Source of the DNA: Mobula birostris
Lineage: Eukaryota
Assembly: GCF_030028105.1 (NCBI RefSeq)
Contig: NC_092401.1
Coordinates: 7,598,984-7,662,983, forward strand
Length of the DNA: 64,000 nt
Reading direction: 5' to 3'
Positions 51,170 through 61,950 of the stretch are shown here, piece by piece. Numbering within the stretch: the stretch's first letter is position 1; each line of letters starts with the position of its first letter. The translations under genes were made by a program, and so were the position numbers. The notes beneath the pieces are model-generated. The model saw nothing but the letters and a program-made list of their open reading frames with translations, did no database searches and had not been told where the DNA came from.

Positions 51170-51463
51170 TGTAAACCTCAATGGAAATACTATCATCCTT
51201 CAGTGGAATTGATGGATAATCCTCAAAATCTGCTGTGCAGGAGACTTCAGTCAGACCGGTCTTTCGTGGTGTCCATGTAGTTGTTGCCCTGACTGTGGTG
51301 GCATCTGACCGATTTGTTACTGAATTCTGTCGTTCACCGCCCCAAAACCATCGTAATCTCATTTTCTCAGCTGGATAGACGTTTGGCACCTCACATGTTA
51401 GTGTGACCTCCTGATTCACTTCTACAGGGTCTCTGCTGAGGATCCTCGGAAGCTCTGGAAAAG
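51170..51463 (-). CDS. Gene B exon 4, Ig domain 3
   Basis: Acceptor gtcttgcag|CT, donor TACA|gtgagt, 294 nt. Paralogous to 20902-21195. Confidence 0.9.
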
Positions 51464-52599
51464 CTGCAAGACACACAAGAAATTCACTGCAGTTTGGTTT
51501 GCAGTGGTAAATACTGACAGATGAAGCTGGAGACTGGCCGGGTCACACACCCTGGGAGGCTATTACACCTAATCCATCACTTAAATGTCATATACTTCAT
51601 TCTTGAGAGACCTCTCTTCCTCTAATTTCAAGTTTCTCACTTTGCCTTCTGCTCCAGCTGCAAGCAGTCGTCCTTATGATCTTGTGCAGTCATTAATTAA
51701 ACTCAATGTAACCTTAACTTGAACCTTGTTTTAACATCCCAGTTGAGTTTCAGCTTCAGTTTGGCGATTAGAGGAATAAATTTAGCAGGTTATTTTGTTG
51801 ATCCTGTATCAAGGTGTGTTCTTTGACCAGTACCTCTACTGACTAGCAAGGTGTGGAATGGGAGTGAATGCAATTCCATCAGACACCCCTTCACTGTTGG
51901 GGGCATTCAGCCGCCATCTAGGCAGAAGACAGGATACTGGAAAACAACCAACCGCAGTGGCTGCACTGAGCATCAACTAATCTCATATCTACAGGGGCTT
52001 CCAGCACCTCCTGTAGGAGGATTTGCCATATGGGCATTGTGCTGTCTTGCCACTGCATGACCAAGCACCACTAACTGACTGACTCTCACATCCTCTTACA
52101 TCTGTCATGATGTTGACAGACTTCCCTTCAAATGGACCCACTCTGCCTTCTCCCACTACACTGACAGTGGGTGTCAGGCCAGGGCCTCCGCTGACAGGCT
52201 GAAATCAAGTGAAACTAATTTTTAATCTGGAGTTCAGACTGTAACTATTTGCGTTGAAGGCTCCCCAAATGTTTTTTAAAAAAGCAGGCAATTTATTCCT
52301 GCCCAGGGGTCTCGCCCTGAAACGTCAACTGTACTTTTTTTCATAGATGCTGCCTGGCCTGCTGAGTTCATCCAGCATTTTGTGTGTGTTGCTTGGATAC
52401 CTTGCACCTGCAGATTTTCTCTTGTAGACAATTTACATTTACACCCCGTTAGTTAAACATCTTGGACAGCTGCATAAATGCCCAGCTTCTCATTTCCCCA
52501 GATACAATGTGAAAATTATCAGAACATAGCATCTTTCAACGAGATATTTCCATTCAAGCTATTCCCAAAGCAGCAGCAAATTGTTAAAGTGGAACTTAC

Positions 52600-52911
52600 A
52601 GTAAGTCCGCAGAGTCACAGAGGCATTTGTGACAGATTTTCTGGCATTGGAGTGCAAGATCAACTCTGCCAAGCAGGTGTACACCAGTCCATCGTCTGAA
52701 ATATTTGGATTGAAATGAAGGACGTTCTTCAATGGACCATCTTCAGGGAATCCTGGTTCCTCTGTGGAAATATTTGCTATAGTCTCACTCCCTCTGAGCC
52801 AGGTGAGTACGAGTTTGTTCTTTGGATAGACCTTCGGGCCAATGCACTCCAGCTGATATGGTTTGTTAACTTCCAGAACTTTAGGAGGTGGAAAAACTCT
52901 TATCTCTCGAT
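52600..52911 (-). CDS. Gene B exon 3, Ig domain 2
   Basis: Acceptor ctttaacag|AT, donor TACT|gtaagt, 312 nt. Paralogous to 22419-22730. Confidence 0.9.
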
Positions 52912-53011
52912 CTGTTAAAGGAGAATCATGATTGACGGTAGAGATTGGAACATTCCAAATCAAAAGTTAACCCAACAACCAGTGTGCTTGTGGATCTTCC
53001 TACCCTATGAC

Positions 53012-54546
53012 TGTCAAGGTCCGGTCTGTGAAGTCTGCATTTCTGTTCACGGTCCGGTCTGTGGACTCCAGACTCCGGGTCTTCCGGCTATCCTTGTTTC
53101 AGTTGGGTTCAATCGTAGGCACCTGATGCTGATCTTGGAGCTGGGAATATAAGTGGCCCTGGGTTTGAGTGTGGTTGCAGGTTTGTCTTGTCAGTATCCC
53201 TTCCTTGCCTCTGTGGGGTAAGTCAGGCTATCTTTGCTGTTACCCTGTGGTTGGATCTGTCCCTTCCTGTCCTTGCCTCTGTTGGGTAAGCCAGGCTGTC
53301 TTTGCTGTTACCTTGAGGCGGGACTGTTCCCTTACCTTCCCCTTCCTTCTGAAGCCTTGCCTGCAACCTTGTCAATTCAACCACCAGAACGAGACTGGAG
53401 CCTTGCTGTGTTAAGATAAGGAACTGTCTATCATTGAGTTGGAACTGTCTCTGTGTCCATGCCTTCGCTAGGTAGGTCCAGCTGTTTGCTGTTACCTAGT
53501 GTTGGGAACCATCTCTGTGTCCACGCCTTCGCTAGATAAGTCCAGCTGTTTGCCACTACCTAGTGTCAGGAACTGTTTCTGTCTCCACGCCTTCACTCGG
53601 TAGGTCTGACCATTTGCCGCTACCTAGTGTTGGGAACCGTCTCTGTGTCCATGCCTTCACTAGGTAGGTCCGGCTGTTTGCCACTACCTAGTGTTAGGAA
53701 CTGTTTCTGTGTCCACGCCTTCACTAGGTAGGTCTGGCTGTTTGCTGCTACCTAGTGTTGGGAGCCTTCTTCTCATGCTCAGCATTCCATGTATGAGTCC
53801 CGGCCCTACGTCCTGTTCCCATGGAGGGGTCACGGCTCTGTTCCATGTTCCTGTCTCTCAAGTCCAAGGCTCTGTGTTCCCGTGCTCGAGGCCAAGGCTC
53901 TGTGTTCCTGTCCTCCCCAAAACCAAGGCTCTGTGTTCTGTGTTCCTGATGTCCCAAGTCCAAGGTTCCAAGGTTCCTGTCATCTCAAGTCCAAGGCTCG
54001 GCTGTTCCTGAGTACCAAGTCAAGGCTTCGTGTTCTCGTGCTGTCCATGTCCCTTGTCCTGTGCTGGAGTTCCCTTGTCCTGTGCTGGAGTTCCCCCGTC
54101 CTGCCCAGGAGTCTCTCGTTCTGACCTGTAGCCTCGTCTAGTCCTGTCTCCCAAGACCACATCATGTCTTCACCAAGTTCCGGAGTCCGAGCCCGAGTCA
54201 GGACCCAGGTTATGGGTCCTTGTCCAGACTCTGGCTCGGAGTCTGAACCCAAGCCTCGTCATGTCCTCACCTTGAAGTACCCAAGCCATGTCATGTTCTC
54301 GCCTAGTTCTGGGGTCTGAGCCCAAGTCAAGACCCAGGTTCTGGGTCCTTATCCAGTCTCCGGCTTGGAGTCCAAGCCCAGGCTCCTAGTTCCCAGTTCT
54401 TTGTCCTGGTCCCACTTGCCTAGCCAATGTCCTAGCCCAAGTCTGTTTTCTTGTCCCAGCTCTCTAGTCAAGTACTGTTCCTAGTACTTCAGTGTCTGTG
54501 CCTTGCATTTGGGTCCTCCCAGTGCCCCCCCCCCATGTCAATGACA
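53012..54546. mobile_element. Solo-LTR-like element in gene B intron 2
   Basis: Termini TGTCA...TGACA, homologous to the other two copies, and absent from gene A intron 2. No TSD is visible. Confidence 0.8.
53440..53766. repeat. 64-bp tandem repeat (about 5 units), each containing a 9-bp inverted repeat
   Basis: TACCTAGTG starts at 53493, 53557, 53621, 53685 and 53749. The complementary CACTAGGTA, or a variant of it, lies within the units. Confidence 0.9.
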
Positions 54547-54655
54547 GTCTCAGTTTCTGTGGAACATTTTCAAGTGATACATAATTTAATGTTTCTGCCT
54601 TTCATCCTGTTATACTCTGCTATGGGACGTATTTAGAACAAGAGATGTCACTTAC

Positions 54656-54931
54656 TGTACACTGGAACCACCCGTTTGCTCTCCTTGATTTTCTTTTCTG
54701 CAGATGGACAGATTACAGTACACGGCACTGTCAGATCCCATTTCTGGACACTTGGAAATCGGTCTGTAATCCACTTATCACCATGAGTTCTGATGGGCTT
54801 TACCCCTGGTTTATATTCCAGAATTATCGATGGATTGTTACATGTTGTACTGCAGGTCACTTCTAGGGAGTGTCCAAATTCCACCACTGGAGAGTTTGGT
54901 TTGACTGAAACCTCAAATCCATTCAGCTTAC
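54656..54931 (-). CDS. Gene B exon 2, Ig domain 1
   Basis: Acceptor ctctggcag|GT, donor TACA|gtaagt, 276 nt. Contains CSTTC..LEYKP..CTVIC. Confidence 0.9.
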
Positions 54932-56444
54932 CTGCCAGAGACACACAGGGAAATGGAATCTGTGCAGTGAAGTGTTGTGTGCAGTTCAATCTCAGCTGAG
55001 AATGGATATACTTACCGTTCAGACAGTGAGGGTACGGTTCACCAGACTGATTCCGGGGGTGGCGGGACTGGCACATGAAGAGAGATTGAGACAACTATGC
55101 CCACGTACATTGAGGTTTGGAAGAATTAGAGAAAATTGAATCAAATGCATAATGTTTTAACAGATCTCGAGAGGTTGGATGCAGGATGTACGTTTTCCCC
55201 AGCTGATGAGTGTAAACAAGGGATTGCAATTTCAGGGTGCAGGGATTGAGCTGTGGAGAAAAATCTTCACTCACATGTAGTGAAGACCAAATTACTAAAC
55301 ACATGTGAAAAGGAAGACAGACTTTGAGACACCAGTGGCATTTATGTAGGAAACACGGGCACCGCTTGTGTGCACAGTTTGAACAAACTTCATTACTGTC
55401 TGTTCCACACAAAATAAATGTTTGGTTCAATGGTTCCATTTAATATCAGATAATGCATATAGTGTACAACCTGAAGTTCTTGCTCTTCACAGACATCCAT
55501 GAAACAGAAGGAAATACCCAAAGAATGAATGACAGAAAACATTCTAACCCTAAAGAGCCTCCTCCTCCCATGAACAAGCAGCAAAATCATCAGCCATCCC
55601 TCTGACTCCACTCTCCCCAGCAAAAGCATAAGCACCCCCCAACCCACCACCCACCATGCAAGCAAAACCCCCCGAGACCAAGATCTAGAGTCCATCAAAA
55701 ACTACTGTCCATCCCAACACAGTGACATCTCAGACAGGATGATTTTGGTAGTATAATTTTGGCCCTTGCACATTCAAACTGAAGGGATATTTTCAGTCAA
55801 AAAGATTAGATACTACTCAGTTCTAAAATGGGTGGATCTGATGTCAAACAGTATTATGGTCGATTACCGAATTCTGCAAAAGTTTTGCCTCGAGATAATT
55901 AAGGTCTGTCTTGTCAAGCATCATTCAGCAGAAATGATCAGATTCAGATTTAATATCAGCATCATATGTTGTGAGATTTGTTAACTGTGCGGCAGCAGCA
56001 CAATCAAATACATGATAAATATAGAAAAGAACTATAATACAGTAAAGGTGTATGGTTATTAAATAGTTAAATTAAAATAAGTGCAAAATCAGAAATAATA
56101 ATAATTTGTAAGGTAGTTCTCATGGGTCAATGTCCATTTAGAAATTGGATGGCGGAAGAGAAGAAGCTGTTCCTGAACTGAGTGTGTGCCTTCAGGCTCC
56201 TGTACTTCCTTCCTGATGGTAACAATGAGAAGAGGGCATGCCCTGGGTGATGTGTCTGCTTAATGCCGGACGCTGCCTTTCTGAAGCACCAGTCCTTGAA
56301 GATTTCTTGTATACTACGGAGCCTACTACCCACGATGGAGCTGACTAACTTTACAATATTTATTAATGATAAATTTCTGCAGTTTTCATAAAGTGAAGCC
56401 AAAAAATGAGATAGGAAGCCGGCAACTGCCCATCTTATAAAACA

Positions 56445-57290
56445 CAGTGGTGGTGGAAAGTTTGTGAACCCTGTAGAATTGTCTCTACTTCTGCATGAAT
56501 ATAACCTAAAATATGATCAGATCTTTATGCAAATCATAAACTCGATAAATAGAACCCAATTAAATAAGTAACACCAAAAACATTATACTTGTTTATTTAT
56601 ATATTGAGAAAAATGACCCAATATTACATGTATTTGCTGGGAAAAGTATGTGAACCTCTGGGGCAATGCCTTCTACAAAAACTACGTGTTCATCAGTCGA
56701 CAGTAAGAGAAATCGTCTGCAAATGGAGGAAACTGTTGCTACTGTCCCTGGGAATGGGCGTCCTGTAAAGATCACACCAAGAGCTTGAAGTGCGGGGCTG
56801 AAGGAGATGAAAAAGAACCCAAGAGTAACAGCAAAAGATTTGGAGAGATCTCTAGAACTCGCTAAAGTCTCTGTACATGTGTCCACTATATAAAAAAAGA
56901 ATGGTTTTCCTGGAAGGACATCACGGAGGAAATTACTGTTCTCCAAAAAAAGCCATTGCTGCATGTCTCAAGTTTGCAAAAGACCGCCTGAATGTTTTAC
57001 AGCACTTCTGGGGCAATGTTCTGTGGACAGATGAAACAAAAGTTGAGCTTTTTGGCAGAAACTGTTCGGAGGAGAAATGGCACGGCACACCAACACTAAA
57101 TTCTCATCCGAAATGTGGGCATGGTGAAAGGATCGTCATGGTTTGGGGCTGCGTTGCTGCCTCAGTGCCTGGACAGTTTGCAATCGTTGAGGGAACGATG
57201 TATTCAAAATTGTGCCAGGACATTTTACAGGAGAATGTCAGGGTAGCAGTCGGTCACCTGAAGCTTAATAGAAGTTGGATAACACAGAGA
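56445..57290 (+). mobile_element. Truncated Tc1/mariner transposon in gene B intron 1
   Basis: TIR-like CAGTGG..AAAGTTTG, and VLWTDETKVELFG..VMVWGC..QDILQEN. It is cut off before the second catalytic Asp. Confidence 0.85.
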
Positions 57291-57565
57291 ACAGGAAGGA
57301 GCCCAACGAAGCGTGGCGTCTGCGACCGGCTAAGCTTTCGCCCAGTGAAAAAAGGAACGAGTAACCGTGAAACGGTCTGAAACGCTCCCGGCAAGTTATG
57401 CAGAATAAAGGGACACTTTCATCAAATGTGGCCGGTTGAAGATCCGTTCACGAGACGCACTCTAACCGCCTCGCAGAAACATACAGTTATAAACATTCAG
57501 CTTCTGATTCTGTGAGCTCAAACAGATGAATGAACAGTTATTACGTTTAAAGGTATTTGACCTAC

Positions 57566-57632
57566 CTGTTATGACGGAAAGTGCTGTGAGAAATAAAACA
57601 TAACCGCCCGCGGAAATCTGCGTGTAACCCAT
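57566..57632 (-). CDS. ICAM/VCAM-like gene B, exon 1 (signal peptide MGYTQISAGGYVLFLTALSVIT)
   Basis: ATG at 57632, 67 nt, donor ACAG|gtaggt as in gene A exon 1, in a CpG-rich context. Absent from the ORF track because it is too short. Confidence 0.8.
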
Positions 57633-57790
57633 AATGAGTGCATGTCAAGGAGGGCGTGATCCGGAGCTGGCGAGGTTCGGGCTCTTGTACTGGTGATCCG
57701 CGGCTATCGATGTCGGTGGGTGGGACCAAACATATCCGCTCCGGCCATCAATCAGCGTCCGTGATGGTGGGACAGAGTTAATTTCTCATG
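57633..57790 (-). promoter_or_regulatory. Putative CpG-rich promoter/5' UTR of gene B
   Basis: High CpG density over about 57300-57770, surrounding exon 1. Confidence 0.35.
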
Positions 57791-58289
57791 GTCAGTACGA
57801 GGTATCCAGGGAGCTCAGGGCGACTTCACTTTGTGGGTGGATTCAGAGAATCGAAGTACATTTATTATCAAAGTACTTATGCAGTGTACAACTCTGAGAT
57901 TCATTGTCCGCGCAGACAGCCACGAAATAAAGAAAACCGTGGAACCCGTTCAGAGAAAAATATCAACCGCCCCACGAGCAGAATAAAAAAAACAAATTGC
58001 GCAAATGTAACAAATAAAAGAGCGAAAAATACAGAAACTGAAACGCACAATTAAGAGTCCAGGCATATTCAGGTCAGCTGTGTTCGCTTTCTGCAGGCTG
58101 CCCCAATTCAAAAACGCCCAAAGTAGCAAGAAAAAAAATAGTAGTGACAAGAAACCAGACACACATCATAACGTCAACTACAGAGTCCAGTGTATAAACC
58201 GGAACTCCGGCACCATTCTCCGACTGCATCGAGGATGAAAGAGAGAGGCGGTCACACGCCAACAACTTCCTTGGGCGGCAAAGAGCAAG

Positions 58290-58950
58290 AGGCTGGTAGA
58301 CTTGGCTGAACATCTGCAAGATTTGACAAACTTCTGTAGATGTGTAATGGGGAGTGGTGACTGGCTGCATCACGGCCTGGTATGGAAACATCAATGTCCT
58401 TGAACGAGAATCCTCCAGAAAGTAGTCGATACTTCCCAGTACATCACAGGTAAAGCCGTCCCCACCACTGAGCACATCTACATGAAATGTTGTCAGAGGA
58501 AAGCAGCATCCATCATCCTGGACCTCTAGTAACCAGGACATGCTCTCTTCTCACTGTTGTCATCAGGAAAAAAAGGTACAGGAGCCTCAGGACTCACACC
58601 ACCATGTTCAGGAACTGTTATTACCCCTCAACCATCAGGCTTTCGAACCAGAGGGAATAACTTCACTTGCCCCATCATTGTAATGTAAACACAACCAATG
58701 GACTCACCTTCCAGGACTCTTCATCTCATGTTCTCGATATTATTAATTCTTTTCTTCTTCTTTTTGTATTTGCACAATTTGCTGCCTTTTGCTCACCAGC
58801 TGAACGCCCAAGTTTGTGCGGCCTTCATTGATTCTGTTTTGGTTATTATTCTAAAGATGTATTGAGTATGCCCACAAGGAAATGAATCTCTGGGTTGTAC
58901 ATGTTGTCATATATGTACTTTGATAATAAATTTTACTTTGAACTTTGCTC
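58290..58950 (+). mobile_element. Rex1/Babar-like LINE 3' fragment (similar pieces at about 33830-34250, 47130-47260, 55400-56345 and 57850-58230)
   Basis: TGCITAWYGN-type C-terminal coding remnant and a gataataaa..actttgaactttg tail. Confidence 0.6.
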
Positions 58951-59579
58951 AACTTTTTCACCTTGACTGGCCCAGTTAATCGCTCCTGCACTATTTTTGC
59001 TTTTCCAGGCGCTTTGGTTTCCTTCCACAGTCCAAACACACACCAGTGGTAGGGTTATTGTAAATTGTCCAAACACACACTGTTGGTGAGGTAAGTGGTC
59101 ATTGTAAATTGTCCCATGATTAGTCTGGGGTTAAATTGGGGGTTGCTGGATGTTGTGGCTCGAAGGGCCTTAAGGGACTACTCCACACTGTATCTCAATC
59201 AATAAATATATATACATATTAAACATTGAGATGATAATGTGGTAAAATAGATCAGCAAATTTGTGGATGACACCAAGATACTGGACATCAAAGTATGAAG
59301 TGTGATCTGGACTAGTTGGAAAAATGGACTGAGAAGTGGCAGATGGAATTTAATGCAGACAAGTGCGAGGTGTTGCACTTTGGGAGGACAAACCAGAATA
59401 GGACTTACAGAGTGAGAAGTGTAGAACAAAGGGATCAGCGAATTATCAGATTGATAATTGCTTGAAAGTGGCGTTACAGGAATATGGGGTCATAAAGTGA
59501 GCTTTTGGCCCAATGGCCTTCATAAATCAGAGCACTGAGTATAGTAGTTGGGATGTAACGTTAAAATTATAGAAGAACA

Positions 59580-61950
59580 TAGAACATAGACATGGAAATC
59601 TACAGCACGTTACAGGACTTTCAGCCCACAATATTATGCTGACCATGTAACCTAGTCTATCAGGTCACCTCTCATCCTCCATTGCTCCAAGGAGAAAAGG
59701 CAAGTTCACTCAACCTATTCTCATAAGGCATGCTCCCCAATCCAGGCTACAGCACGTTACAGGACTTTCGGCCCACAATGTTATGCCGACCATGTAACCT
59801 GGTCTATCAGGTCACCTATCATCCTCCATCGCTCCAAGGAGAAAAGGCAAGTTCACTCAGCCTATTCTCATAAGGCATGCTCCCCAGTCCAGGCAACATC
59901 CTTGTAAATCTCCTCTGCACTTTCTCCATAGCATTCACATCCTTCCTGCAGTGAGGTGACCAGTACTCCAAGTGGGGTCTAATTAAGGTTTTAGATAAAT
60001 GCAACATTACCTCACGGCTCTTGAGCTCAATCCCATGGTTGATGAATGCCAACACACCATACACCTTCTTAACAACACTGTCAACCTGTGCAGCAGCTTT
60101 GAGTGTCCTATCAACACGATCCCAACATTTCTCTGATCCTCCACACTGCCAAGAGTCTTCCCATTAATACTATATCCTGTCTTCAAATTTGACCTACCAG
60201 AATGAACCACCTAACACTTATCTGGCTTGAGCTCCATCTGCCAGTTCTGCATCCTATCGATGTCCCACTGTAACCTCTGACAACCCTCCAGACTATCCAC
60301 AACACCCCCAGCTTTCGTGTCATCAGCAAACTTACTAACCCACCCTTCTACTTCCTCATCCAGGTCATTTATAAAAATCACAAAGAGTAGGGGCCCTAGA
60401 ACAGATCCCTGCAAAATACCTCTGATCACCGACCTTCATGCAGAATATCTACAAGCACTCTTTGCTTTCTGTGTGCAAACCAATTCTCAATCCACAAAGT
60501 AAGGTCTCCTTGGATCCCATGCCTGCTTACTTTCTGAATGAAACTCACATGGAGAAGTTTATCAAATGCCTCATGCAGAATGTGACCCGTCTACAACCAC
60601 TCTTTGCCTTCTGTGGGCAAGCCAGTTCTGGATCCAAAAAGCAACGTCCTGATGGATCCCATACCTCCTTACTTTCTCAATAAGCCTCGCATGGGGTACT
60701 TTATCAAATGCCTTGCTGAAATCCATATACACTACATTTACTGCTCTTCCTTCATCAATATGTTTAGTCACATCCTCAAAAAATTCAGTCAGGCTCATAA
60801 GGCACAACCTGCCCTTGACAAAGCCATGCTGACTATTCCTAATCATATTATACCTCTCCAAATGTTCATAAATCCTGCCTCTCAGGATCTTCTCCATCAA
60901 TTTACCAACCACTGAAGTAAGACTCCCTGGTCTATAATTTCCTGGGCTATCTCTACTCCCTTTCTTGAATAAAGAAAAAACATCCACAACGCTCCAATAC
61001 TCTGGAACCTCTCCCATCCCCACTGATGATGCAAAGATCATCGCCAGAGGCTCAGCAATCTCATCCCTCGCCTCCCACAGTAGCCTGGGGTACATCTCGT
61101 CTGTTCCTGGTGACTTATCCAACTTGATGCTTTCCAAAAGCTCCAGCACATCCTCTTTCTTAATATCTACATGCTCAAGCTTTTCAGTCCACTTCAAGTC
61201 AGCACTACAATCACCAAGATCCTTTTCCATAGTGAATACTGAAGTAAAGTATTCATTAAGTACCTACGTTATTTCTTCCGGTTCCATACACACTTACCCA
61301 CTGACAGATTTGATAGGTCCTGTTCTTTCACATCTCATCCTCTTGCTCTTCACATACTTGTAGAATGCCTTGGGGTTTTCCTTAATCTTGCTCGCCAAGG
61401 CCTTCTCATGGCCCCTTCTGGCTCTCCTAATTTCCTTTTTAATCTCGTTCCTGTTAGCCCTATAATCTTCAAGATCTCTAACATTACCTAGCTCTCTAAA
61501 CTTTTTGTAAGCTTTTCTTTTCTTCTTGACTAGATTTATTACAGCCTTTGTACACCACGGTTCCTGTACCGTACCATAACTTCCCTGTCTCATTGGAACG
61601 TACCTATGCAGAACTCCACACAAATATTCCCTGAACGTTTGCCACATTTCTTCTGTACTTTTTGCTGAGAATATCTGTTCTCAATTCAACTTTCCAATTT
61701 CCTGCCTGATAGCCTCATAACTCCCCTTACTCCAATTCAACACTTTTCTAACTTGTCTGTTCCTATCTCTCTCCAATGCTATTGTAAAGGAGATAGAATT
61801 GTGATCACGATCTCCAAAATGCTCTCCCACTGAGAGATCTGACACCTGACCAGGTTCATTTCTCAATACCAAATCAAGTATAGTCTCTCCTCTTGTAAGC
61901 TTGTCTACATATTGTGTCAAGAAACCTTCCTGAACACACCTAACAAACTA
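59580..61950 (-). mobile_element. 5'-truncated CR1 ORF2 fragment, flanked by plus-strand CR1 3' fragments (about 59230-59580 and 61950-62480)
   Basis: ORFs 60571-61230 (NYRPGSLTS, YMDFSKAFDKV), 60211-60429 (FADDTKAGG) and 59819-60064. Confidence 0.9.

Noticed and set aside
53440-53766. CRISPR-like array of palindromic repeats
   Set aside because: There are no unique spacers and no cas genes, and it lies within a vertebrate LTR. It is a tandem repeat.
34435-57632. Possible CD4/LAG-3 homolog (four Ig domains plus cytoplasmic cysteines)
   Set aside because: D1 has the ICAM four-Cys signature and D2/D3 have VCAM/ICAM-type VYP motifs rather than a V-C2-V-C2 layout. The CKKC is juxtamembrane in a 9-residue tail, unlike the CD4 Lck-binding CxC.
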